This document shows, one piece after another, positions 29,905 through 37,493 of a stretch of 64,000 nucleotides of DNA. The notes below the pieces were generated by a model that did not search any database, had not been told where the DNA came from, and saw only the letters and a program-made list of their open reading frames with translations. The DNA is from an uncultured Candidatus Saccharibacteria bacterium (GTDB taxonomy: Bacteria; Patescibacteriota; Saccharimonadia; Saccharimonadales; Saccharimonadaceae): NCBI GenBank assembly GCA_964483955.1, contig CAZADM010000001.1, positions 20,719-84,718 of the forward strand. Direction: 5' to 3'. The number at the start of each line of letters is the position of its first letter. Position 1 is the stretch's first letter. The translations under genes were made by a program, and so were the position numbers.

Positions 29905-29962
29905 GCGAGGGATATATGGTGGGTAAGTGTAGTAAAATACGCTATATATGGTGGATAACTGC
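29905..29962. repeat. Tandem direct repeat ATATATGGTGGnTAAnTG x2 with a 32-bp period (candidate operator)
   Basis: The copies start at 29912 and 29944. The second copy on the minus strand reads CCACCATATATAGCGT, 13/16 to the NrdR-box consensus acaCwAtATaTwGtgt. Confidence 0.5.
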
Positions 29963-29988
29963 TGTAAAGGCAGGGGGAGAGGGGCGCA

Positions 29989-30018
29989 TTGACTTTTCCC
30001 TCTCCTCTATGTCATAAT
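29989..30018 (+). promoter_or_regulatory. Promoter TTGACT-N18-CATAAT, 6 nt upstream of the ATG at 30025 (candidate leaderless)
   Basis: -35 at 29989-29994 and -10 at 30013-30018. No SD lies between the -10 and the ATG. Confidence 0.45.
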
Positions 30019-30024
30019 GCCGGC

Positions 30025-30876
30025 ATGGAAACGTACAGTGCTCCCTCGACAGAGCTGGCGACAAACACTTCATCACCTGAAACGGCACCGGTGCCTCTTT
30101 TTGACGGATGGGATGAGGAAGGGTTTAAGCAGGAGCTACCACGTCAGGATGCCTCTGCTGAGATAATTCGGGGGAAAATAGGACGACGGGCTCTTGCAGG
30201 ACAGGAGCGGGGAGCACCTCGCTACCCTCGTGAGCGGCCCATTCAGGATGTTATTGCCGAACTTAAGCAGTCACGCGAGCGGGAGGATCGAGATGACCCT
30301 TACGGCGACCTAGGAGGTGGCCTCCGTACATCTTTACGCAATGAGTATGGCCGTCGTTATGGCTTTATTGACCCAATCGAGGCATACCAAGATTGGCATA
30401 CGGAAACTCAGCAGGCAGTAGAGCAGCTTCGGCTCTACGACATGACCACGGCTGACATTGCAGCAATGACCAAGCACGACAGGCGTATCTTTAGTCTGCA
30501 TGCTTTTTCTTTTGACGAATCGCTGAAGAGCACTGCACATCTCATCGACGTCTATCAGGGCGAGGTATTGAGTGGATCGCCTCTAGAGCGTCGTTTTGGA
30601 AGGCTGCGTACCCCATCCGAGCTTATTTCATATAGAAAGACGTTACTGCAATTGCACGGTGCAATCGGGCAGAGTGATGTTATGACTGCTGTTCGACAAG
30701 AGCTTTCTATACCATCGCCAAAACAGCACTGGTACTACGAGGCTCGAAGCAAAGTGCTCCACAAGGCGTGTGCAGACAAGCAGAAGCGGGGAGATGTTAT
30801 TGCCGTGTATGAGCGTGATAAGTTTAGGGTAGAGCGGGTGCGGAGTGAAAGTGGCTATTTAAGCACCCAAGAATAG
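30025..30876 (+). CDS. Hypothetical soluble protein (Arg/Glu-rich)
   Basis: A long ORF with no TM and no recognisable motif. The start is set at the Met (METYSAPS) just after the promoter. Confidence 0.5.
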   Translation: METYSAPSTELATNTSSPETAPVPLFDGWDEEGFKQELPRQDASAEIIRGKIGRRALAGQERGAPRYPRERPIQDVIAELKQSREREDRDDPYGDLGGGLRTSLRNEYGRRYGFIDPIEAYQDWHTETQQAVEQLRLYDMTTADIAAMTKHDRRIFSLHAFSFDESLKSTAHLIDVYQGEVLSGSPLERRFGRLRTPSELISYRKTLLQLHGAIGQSDVMTAVRQELSIPSPKQHWYYEARSKVLHKACADKQKRGDVIAVYERDKFRVERVRSESGYLSTQE

Positions 30877-30890
30877 CCCCGATTGTCACG

Positions 30891-31142
30891 ATGGCTGTTG
30901 GGACGCTCGCAATAGGGACGGTGTATTACAAGTACATCGAAGACCTTACGTGGCTTGACTCGCTCTTCTTTTGCGTTATGACCCTAACGACTGTGGGGTA
31001 CTCAAGTGTAGCTATTACGAGCGATGCCGGTAAAGTATTTACTATCTTCTATGCAATCTTTGGTGTTGTTATTCTCGCCTCCGCTGCAAATTATCTTGTG
31101 CAGAAGGCTTTATTGAAGCACGCGGCCGATGGATCGCATTAG
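30891..31142 (+). CDS. Minimal K+-channel-like pore protein (83 aa; filter TTVGYS)
   Basis: WLDSLFFCVMTLTTVGYSSV followed by an inner helix (VFTIFYAIFGVVILASAANYLV). Only a short first hydrophobic segment is present. Confidence 0.55.
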   Translation: MAVGTLAIGTVYYKYIEDLTWLDSLFFCVMTLTTVGYSSVAITSDAGKVFTIFYAIFGVVILASAANYLVQKALLKHAADGSH

Positions 31143-31167
31143 AGGGGTCTCTCTGAAGGATACACCG

Positions 31168-31203
31168 ATAAAACAAAAGTAAACAAAGGGGTTCTTTGTT
31201 TAC
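31168..31203 (-). terminator. Intrinsic terminator downstream of the tRNA at 31229-31304
   Basis: A perfect 10-bp stem, GTAAACAAAG / CTTTGTTTAC, with a 5-nt loop. The minus strand continues TTTTGTTTTAT. Confidence 0.7.
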
Positions 31204-31228
31204 TGGATAGTATTGAAATGATAAATAC

Positions 31229-31304
31229 TGGTGGGGCTGGTTGGAATCGAACCAACTACCAAGTGGTTATGAGCCGCCTGCTCTAACCGATGAGCTACAG
31301 CCCC
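31229..31304 (-). tRNA. tRNA with CAT anticodon, probably tRNA-Ile2 (lysidine-modified); elongator Met not excluded
   Basis: Hand-folded cloverleaf GGGGCTG/CAGCCCC acceptor, loop CTCATAA, TTCGATT T-loop and encoded CCA. The body resembles E. coli tRNA-Ile2 (GAGCAGGCG.CTCATAA....TTGGT). Confidence 0.8.
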
Positions 31305-31355
31305 AATACTTTCAATTATACCTTAGTTTCGCGTATTTCAAACACACTCTGATGG

Positions 31356-31361
31356 TATAAT
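31356..31361 (+). promoter_or_regulatory. Extended -10 promoter (TGGTATAAT) upstream of the ftsB-like gene
   Basis: TGGTATAAT spans 31353-31361, 23 nt before the ATG at 31385. Confidence 0.45.
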
Positions 31362-31384
31362 AAGCGTAAGAATAAACAAAAAGT

Positions 31385-31858
31385 ATGAATAGCCGAAAAC
31401 TTTACGCAACAGTATCGCGAATCAAACATCGATACGTCACGTTCAATAACGTCGTCGTTGCGGTAGCTTTTCTTGTTGCTGCGGGTTGGCTATGGGGTTC
31501 TCTTCGTGTTATGGATACAAACTATATGCTTCAGCGACAACTCGATAGTCGGCAACGTGAGTTAATGGTTGCTCGGCTCCAGAAGGAGAATTTTGAACTT
31601 CAGAAACGATATTACGAGACTAATGAATATAAAGAGATGGCGGCACGAGAGTTTCTTGGTCTTGTTATGCCCGGCGAACGCGTGTTGATTCTCCCTGCAA
31701 ACACAGAAGCGGCAAAGCAAGCTGATACGGCAGTTAAAACGACGGATCGTATTTCAGTTCCAGAGGAGAGTAATCTCGAGCAGTGGACAAACTTTCTTTT
31801 TGGCGGGTATAGCCGAAATATCCAGCTATCGCAAGAAGATTCATCACAATCAAAGTAG
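31385..31858 (+). CDS. Septum-formation initiator FtsB/DivIC-family protein
   Basis: One TM (VVVAVAFLVAAGWLWG), a coiled coil (LQRQLDSRQRELMVARLQKENFELQKR) and EYKEMAAREFLGLVMPGERVLIL. Confidence 0.7.
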   Translation: MNSRKLYATVSRIKHRYVTFNNVVVAVAFLVAAGWLWGSLRVMDTNYMLQRQLDSRQRELMVARLQKENFELQKRYYETNEYKEMAAREFLGLVMPGERVLILPANTEAAKQADTAVKTTDRISVPEESNLEQWTNFLFGGYSRNIQLSQEDSSQSK

Positions 31859-31914
31859 CTGCATGGTGATTTTTGCAAACAAAAAAGACCTTCCAGTCTT
31901 TGAAAAGTCTTTCT

Positions 31915-31992
31915 TGGTAGCGGGGGCAGGATTTGAACCTGCGACCTTGTGGTTATGAGCCACACGAGCTAACCGGGCTGCTCCACCCCGCG
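31915..31992 (-). tRNA. Initiator tRNA-fMet (CAT)
   Basis: CGCGGGGTGGAGCAGCCCGGTTAGCTCG....CTCATAA....GGTCGCAGGTTCAAATCCTGCCCCCGCTACCA is close to E. coli tRNA-fMet, with an unpaired 1:72 (C:U). The anticodon stem has only two of the usual three G-C pairs. Confidence 0.85.
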
Positions 31993-32078
31993 GCACTACC
32001 CTCTAAGTATAGCAGATATGTGAACAAAATACAAATGGTTGCGACTCTGTTTTTAAGGGAGTATGATGAAGGTACATA

Positions 32079-32639
32079 ATGGAGGTATCAATTATGAGAG
32101 TACTCGAAACTTTTGAACGTACCGTAGGTGAATGGCTACAGCCACTCCCGCACCTTCCAGCCTCGTGGAGGAAATGGCTTGGTCGAAATGTGTGGTGGAT
32201 AATTGTCATCGACCTCGCCCTATCGGTATTTGCACTTATTGGTGCTGTAGCAGTCTTTGTCACGGGAGCTAGTATTCTGACAGGCCTTGCAGTGTCGGGG
32301 TATCTCCCTGCACAGACGGCATCGGGTGCCGCTTTACTGCAGGCTGGAAGTGCACTCACTCTCTCGCTTGTCCAAGTAGTGATTCTTGCTCTGTCGGTGC
32401 GCCCTCTTCGTCAGCAGGAGCGGCGTGGATGGGAGCTCCTCTTCCTTTTATTTATCGTCAGTGCTATATCAGTTGTTGTAAGTGCGATTCTTTCGTTTGA
32501 CCTGTCGAGTATCTTCCTAAGCCTTATCTCGGGAGCGATTGGCCTCGCAATTAGTGCCTATCTGCTATTCGAAATTCGCGACAGCTTTACTACTGCAACT
32601 ACCCAACACCCGCCCAAAGAGCGTAGCGAAAAAGAGTAG
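32079..32639 (+). CDS. Hypothetical polytopic membrane protein
   Basis: About 4 hydrophobic helices and a charged C-terminus. It fills the gap. Confidence 0.5.
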   Translation: MEVSIMRVLETFERTVGEWLQPLPHLPASWRKWLGRNVWWIIVIDLALSVFALIGAVAVFVTGASILTGLAVSGYLPAQTASGAALLQAGSALTLSLVQVVILALSVRPLRQQERRGWELLFLLFIVSAISVVVSAILSFDLSSIFLSLISGAIGLAISAYLLFEIRDSFTTATTQHPPKERSEKE

Positions 32640-32655
32640 CCCTTGCGTGACGCCC

Positions 32656-34029
32656 TTAAGCGAGTTTCTGGGCGGTAACCCGGACCACTTCACCCCAAGA
32701 TAAGAATGCATGAGGGGTCTCGGCTAGTTGTGCCGCTGTAAGCCCGTATTTAACTGCTAGCCCAACCTCGTGAATCATCTCGGAGGCGTGGGGTGCAGCA
32801 ATAGTGCCTCCAAGAATAACACCTTTCTTATCGGTGATGAGTGTAACAAATCCGTCGCGAAAATCTGCCGTATTACTTCGGGCAATAATTGATAGTGGCG
32901 TTGTTGCCTTCTTGATAGCAAGGTCTCTTCGTGCGCAGTCGTCTTCCGATAGCCCAACGTGTGCAATCTCAGGGCTGACCGATACAATTGTCGGAATTGC
33001 TGTATAATCTGGCGTGAGCTGATTTTTATGAAGAATATTATGTGCGACGATACGGCTCTCAAGGAGTGCTGCGTATGTATTTTGATGGCGACCAAGGACA
33101 TCGCCGGCAGCAAAAATATGTGATGTTGTTGTGTGCAGTGAGTCGTTCACCTCTATGCCCGTAGGTGTGTATGCGACAGATGCATTTTCAAGGCCAAGAT
33201 CAACATTTGCTTGTCGACTACTTGCAACAAGAAGGACGTCTGCACGGATATGTTTTTCTGTATCACCGCGCGACACAAGTACTTTGACGCCAACGCCTTC
33301 CTTCTGGATCGAAAGTACTCGGCTATGTGTCAGTACTGTTGCTCCTTTTTGCTCTGTCAGCGTTTTCTCAATAAGGTCGCCCACTTCACGGTCGAATGTC
33401 GGGAGTAGCCTTGCGGATTGCTCTGCGATGTATACTTTTGTGCCAAGTGTTGCCATAATGTGGGCAATTTCTATTGCGTCAGCACCGCCGCCAACTATAA
33501 ATAGGCTTTTGGGCGGGCGAAGGGTCTCTAGGATTGTTCGTGGTGTTTCATACTTCACGTCGGCGATCCCTTGGACTGAAGGAGTAGTCCATGAGGATCC
33601 TGTTGCAATAAGGAAGTGCTTTGCAGATAGGCGGCGTCTATTTACTGATATCTCGTGAGGTGTTAAGAAATGTGCCCTGCCTTGAAATGCACTTATATTG
33701 TGCTTTTCGTAAAAGCGTCGATTATTTGCCGCCCCTGTTCGCTTTACCGCGGTCTCTTTCCAGGCCCGTATAGAAGGGTAGTTATATCCCAGTGTTGCCG
33801 GACGAAGCCCGAAGCGGCCTGCTTGCTTTGCCTCGTCATAGATACGCGTTGCGTGCAAAAGGGCCTTTGTTGGTACGTCGCTCCAGTTCGGAGAGTCACC
33901 GCCAAAAGTATCCTCTTCAATGATTGCAACTTTTTTACCTTCGCGGGCGACTATCGTTGCCGCCGCACTGCCCCCGGCACCGCTTCCGATGACAATAAGG
34001 TCGTAATCAAATGTGTGTTTTTTTGCCAT
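32656..34029 (-). CDS. Class-I pyridine-nucleotide-disulfide-oxidoreductase homolog (Lpd/GR/MerA fold) lacking the redox-active CxxxxC
   Basis: FAD fold YDLIVIGSGAGGSAAA, NAD fold LFIVGGGADAIE, IFAAGDV and a dimerisation domain. The active-site block reads GGDSPNWSDVPTKALL instead of GGTCLNVGCIPSKALL. Confidence 0.8.
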   Translation of the reverse strand: MAKKHTFDYDLIVIGSGAGGSAAATIVAREGKKVAIIEEDTFGGDSPNWSDVPTKALLHATRIYDEAKQAGRFGLRPATLGYNYPSIRAWKETAVKRTGAANNRRFYEKHNISAFQGRAHFLTPHEISVNRRRLSAKHFLIATGSSWTTPSVQGIADVKYETPRTILETLRPPKSLFIVGGGADAIEIAHIMATLGTKVYIAEQSARLLPTFDREVGDLIEKTLTEQKGATVLTHSRVLSIQKEGVGVKVLVSRGDTEKHIRADVLLVASSRQANVDLGLENASVAYTPTGIEVNDSLHTTTSHIFAAGDVLGRHQNTYAALLESRIVAHNILHKNQLTPDYTAIPTIVSVSPEIAHVGLSEDDCARRDLAIKKATTPLSIIARSNTADFRDGFVTLITDKKGVILGGTIAAPHASEMIHEVGLAVKYGLTAAQLAETPHAFLSWGEVVRVTAQKLA

Positions 34030-34043
34030 GAAAGAGGTGCTCC

Positions 34044-34340
34044 TTATAATATCGATCGATGATTTTCGTAGAGATAGCTTGCGTCTGGGTGGTAGGTTTT
34101 GAGGCGTGTTGCTGCAATTCTTCTTAGGTCTGCGCTTGTAACCTCTGGTCGTTTTTCGAGCCAGACAAGGACTTCATCGGTTACCTTTCTTGCAATTGAC
34201 TCTGCTTGTCCAGTTGGTGCTCCAGAGCTAATACACGCAATGACAATGCTTTTTAGTAGCTTCTCTCTGTTGAATGGCTCTAGTGTTTGTTGGAGCCTCT
34301 TTTTGCTTTTTCGCTTCAAAACATGCACGTCGTTATTCAT
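34044..34340 (-). CDS. Stand-alone ATP-cone domain protein (NrdR-like without the zinc ribbon)
   Basis: VLKRKSKKRLQQTLEPFNREKLLKSIVIAC....AESIARKVTDEVLVWLEKRPEVTSADLRRIAATRLKTYHPDASYLYENH fits the ATP-cone pattern. There is no CxxC pair. The start is set at MNNDV (34340). Confidence 0.7.
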   Translation of the reverse strand: MNNDVHVLKRKSKKRLQQTLEPFNREKLLKSIVIACISSGAPTGQAESIARKVTDEVLVWLEKRPEVTSADLRRIAATRLKTYHPDASYLYENHRSIL

Positions 34341-34342
34341 GG

Positions 34343-35059
34343 CTAGATACCCCCCACCGTTGCTGCAATAACTTGCTGGATGTAGATAAAGAACCCAAGG
34401 ATGATAAGTGCACTGCCGGCGGCAAACTGTAGGAAGCGTTTGTTTGCTTCTCTCCATTTTTGTATGCCGCTAATTGAATGCCCGGCACCTATGCGAGCCC
34501 AAACAATTGCCAGTCCAAGGAGTGATATAACGACATAATAAACAAGACCTAAGAGGTGCCATTCTGGTGGTAGCTCAAGGATAACGAGACCTGCAAGAAC
34601 GAGCGAGGGAAGGATAAAGAGCCCCTCGGCGATGACGGTGACAAGCCCAAGGCTAAATGCTTCAACGCTTTGTTTTGTGGCCTTGCTTCGTTCTGTAAGG
34701 TGATGGGCGAAGGCTCGCGGAATCCATAGCTCTGTACCTTTTCGCTTATGTCTGTAGTAAAACAGCCAGACGGCAATGCCAATCCCTAGGGATAGGCCCG
34801 AGCCAAGTGTCCATGCAAGTAAAGGTGTCCCGCCGTTAAATAGGTGAAGGAAAATCAATATAGTAAGAGAGAGAAGCAGGAGTGACATAACCCCAGCACC
34901 AAAAGTATACGCTGCGGACAGCCGGAAAACCTTAGCCTGTGATTTTTTTGTACCAATTGCGTGACCACTCATAAGTGTAAGTACGCCAATACTGAGCTGG
35001 AAACTTGCGTGCACAAGTGCTGCGAGCCCAAGGATTGCAAATGCGGAGAAGATATCCAT
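34343..35059 (-). CDS. Hypothetical 6-TM membrane protein
   Basis: 238 aa and strongly hydrophobic throughout. It lies 2 nt from the downstream ATP-cone gene. Confidence 0.55.
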   Translation of the reverse strand: MDIFSAFAILGLAALVHASFQLSIGVLTLMSGHAIGTKKSQAKVFRLSAAYTFGAGVMSLLLLSLTILIFLHLFNGGTPLLAWTLGSGLSLGIGIAVWLFYYRHKRKGTELWIPRAFAHHLTERSKATKQSVEAFSLGLVTVIAEGLFILPSLVLAGLVILELPPEWHLLGLVYYVVISLLGLAIVWARIGAGHSISGIQKWREANKRFLQFAAGSALIILGFFIYIQQVIAATVGGI

Positions 35060-35239
35060 AGTGTTTATTTTTTTAACCTCTGCATTAGTTATACCATAAG
35101 CAGAACAGGGGTGTCAAAAGTGAATCGGAGTACAATGCAGTACAAGACTATTGACTTATTATCAAACTTATGCTAATATAAAAATATACATCAGCTCACT
35201 AGAGCACAAAAACAAAAAAACAAAAAGGAACACACATTC

Positions 35240-35377
35240 ATGGAAATTATCTCCGACACTATTATCGAACCAGTAACTATGTCAGAAGTTCTTTCAATGG
35301 CGACATGGGATAGGCAGCGCACCCCAGATGAATTAAAGGGATTTCTTGCTCAGCGTGAAGCTGTGCTTGGGCTATAA
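35240..35377 (+). CDS. Candidate 45-aa small ORF (MEIISDTIIEPVTMSEVLSMATWDRQRTPDELKGFLAQREAVLGL)
   Basis: Preceded by TGCTAATAT (an extended -10-like element near 35172) and AAAGGAA about 10 nt upstream of the ATG, in an otherwise empty 330-bp gap. Confidence 0.3.
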   Translation: MEIISDTIIEPVTMSEVLSMATWDRQRTPDELKGFLAQREAVLGL

Positions 35378-35391
35378 TCAAAGCTTGGGTA

Positions 35392-37344
35392 CTAGTACGG
35401 AAGGGGTGTTTCGCCGTCAATCTTCAAACTGACCGCAAAACCACCACCCGGTGCTAGCCGTACAGTGAGCGATGAATCTTTAGTTACCTTTGACGTCTCA
35501 ATAACATACGCCTCTGGATTCTCTTGCCAGTGTGCAGTGTCCGCATCACGATATACGGTTGCATTATACGGGCGATACTCTGGAAGGAAGCTGAGGTCGA
35601 TGGTAACCGTCCGATCATTTTCGTTGGTAACGCCACCAATATACCAATTATCACTGTCGCGGTCTCTGCGTGCGACAACGAAATACTCCCCAATTTCACC
35701 TTCAAGTGGAACGGTTGATTCCCAGTTAACGGGGACGTCTTTGATGAACGTGAAGGCGTCAAGATGCTTTTTGTAATGTTCGGGAAGATCAGCGACCATT
35801 TGCAAGGGGCTATAGAGCGTGACGTAAAAAGCAAGTTGCTTCGCCAGTGTTGAACTGATCTTTCGTGATGTGCCCGAGAGGTTGAAGAGACCAGGGGTGT
35901 AGTCGAGTGGACCAGATAATACCCTTGTGAACGGAAGAACTGTTGTATGGGCAGGGGTTACCGCACCACCACCTTCGTACTCTTGCCCCATGACACCTTC
36001 GCGGGTCATCAGGTTTGGCCAGGTTCGTTCGATACCAGTCCCCTTGACTGGTTCGTGTATATCAAGCATGATCTTTCGCTCTGCGGCAAGCTCGACAGTT
36101 TTCTGGTAATGTCGGACGCCAGCTTGTGACGAGTGAAACTCTTTACCGTTTGATCGTGGGCTTACGTAGCCTGTTTTGATGTAGCGGACGCCAAAATGAC
36201 GATAGTAATCATAGGCCGCCGGAAGTTGCCATTCATAGTGAGCCATATTCCCCGACGTTTCATGGTGTCCGACAATATCAACGCCCTGCTCTTTTGCGTA
36301 TGATGTTACTGTTCGTATGTCGAAGTCGGGGTAGGGAAGCATAAAGTCCATTTTATCGCCGTTTTGCGTCCAGTCGCCGTCCCATCCTTGGTTCCAACCT
36401 TCAATAAGAAGGCCCCTGATGCCTAGTTCTTTACAGGCATTAATGTAGCGAATAGCATTGGCGGTTGTTGCCCCGTGCTTGTCGCCACTTTCCCAGGTAA
36501 AGTACTTAAGGAACATTCCCCACCAAATTCCCATGAATTTTGTTGGCTGAATCCATGAAGTATCATCAATTTTTGAGGGTTCATTGAGGTTGAGCATGAT
36601 ACGCGACTTTGTTAAGTCGATAGCTTTTTGTGCAACAATGACCGTTCGCCAAGGCACGTTAAAAGGCAGCGGTACTTCGCCAATAACCCGTGTTGATAGT
36701 GGCGTGATGCGGCTTGCAAGCCCGGTTTCTGTTGGAATGAGGTTCATTGAGCCGTAGTTGTAGAGTGCTGCTTCGTGGAGTGAAAGATATCCCTCATTGT
36801 CAGGGAGCTCTATAGTGAGCGGCGTGTGGGCAATCCCCATGCTAGGGAGTGGACTCTTTTGGTATAGATGCTCGTAGTGGTTTTGGCCAAGTGCGGGAAT
36901 CCACCACGCAGAGGACGCTGGTGTGATGTTAAATTCAGTTTCTTCGCGAAGGAGGGTGATACTCTCTTGCTCGCCGTGGAGTTCATAGCGGAAGCCAAGC
37001 CCTTCATTAAAAAGCCGGAACCGAATGGTGAACGAGGGGAGTGAAACAGAAAGTTCATTGTGGATATCCTGGATAAACTGCTGTTCACCCCATGGCTGCT
37101 CCCAGGTTTCGTCGTGGAAAGACTCCCTGAATTGTGGCGAGTCGTTTACGTAAAGAAGGTTGTTTTCGTCTTTATCGTAGAGTGAAAGGGATGATTGACG
37201 AATGAGCGTTGTAGTGCTCCGCTGAAGGGCATACCATAGCCTTGAAGAGGTAATATCGTTACCAACAGTTAAAGAAAGACCACCGTCCGGAGAGTGGATG
37301 GTGTGGGTTGCAGCGTCGGTTGATATGTCTGTGTGTTTTTCCAT
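35392..37344 (-). CDS. Glycoside hydrolase family 97-like (alpha-glucosidase/alpha-galactosidase type)
   Basis: 650 aa. The N-terminal beta domain (LWYALQR...FRLFNEGLGFRYE), the TIM-barrel blocks GLLIEGWNQGWDGDW, YIKTGYV and LMTREGVMGQEY, and the C-terminal beta domain fit my recollection of GH97. Not verified by search. Confidence 0.65.
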   Translation of the reverse strand: MEKHTDISTDAATHTIHSPDGGLSLTVGNDITSSRLWYALQRSTTTLIRQSSLSLYDKDENNLLYVNDSPQFRESFHDETWEQPWGEQQFIQDIHNELSVSLPSFTIRFRLFNEGLGFRYELHGEQESITLLREETEFNITPASSAWWIPALGQNHYEHLYQKSPLPSMGIAHTPLTIELPDNEGYLSLHEAALYNYGSMNLIPTETGLASRITPLSTRVIGEVPLPFNVPWRTVIVAQKAIDLTKSRIMLNLNEPSKIDDTSWIQPTKFMGIWWGMFLKYFTWESGDKHGATTANAIRYINACKELGIRGLLIEGWNQGWDGDWTQNGDKMDFMLPYPDFDIRTVTSYAKEQGVDIVGHHETSGNMAHYEWQLPAAYDYYRHFGVRYIKTGYVSPRSNGKEFHSSQAGVRHYQKTVELAAERKIMLDIHEPVKGTGIERTWPNLMTREGVMGQEYEGGGAVTPAHTTVLPFTRVLSGPLDYTPGLFNLSGTSRKISSTLAKQLAFYVTLYSPLQMVADLPEHYKKHLDAFTFIKDVPVNWESTVPLEGEIGEYFVVARRDRDSDNWYIGGVTNENDRTVTIDLSFLPEYRPYNATVYRDADTAHWQENPEAYVIETSKVTKDSSLTVRLAPGGGFAVSLKIDGETPLPY

Positions 37345-37432
37345 GATGCCTTATTATTCTGGTTACGCTTTATTATGGCGTATTTGGGCTGGGGTTGCAA
37401 CTGCACGCAGGGTCTTTTTATCCCCGTACTGT

Positions 37433-37479
37433 ATAAAATAAAAAACATCTGCCAGCCCTGCATATAGTTGACAGATGTT
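37433..37479 (-). terminator. Intrinsic terminator downstream of tRNA-Met
   Basis: An 8-bp stem, AACATCTG / CAGATGTT, with a 20-nt loop. The minus strand continues TTTTTTATTTTAT. Confidence 0.5.
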
Positions 37480-37493
37480 CCTTGATGATTTCT

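Noticed and set aside
29905-29962. Considered whether the tandem repeat could be a tiny CRISPR array or an IS end.
   Set aside because: There are only two copies of an 18-nt AT-rich motif with a 14-nt spacer. That is far below CRISPR repeat and spacer sizes, there are no cas genes, and there are no inverted-repeat partners. I kept it only as a candidate operator.
31612-31965. A 117-aa minus-strand ORF.
   Set aside because: It overlaps the initiator tRNA gene and runs antisense through the ftsB-like gene. It is an artefact of the tRNA sequence.
33131-34062. Plus-strand ORFs of 175 aa and 130 aa.
   Set aside because: They are antisense to the flavoprotein gene, whose FAD and NAD motifs are unambiguous.
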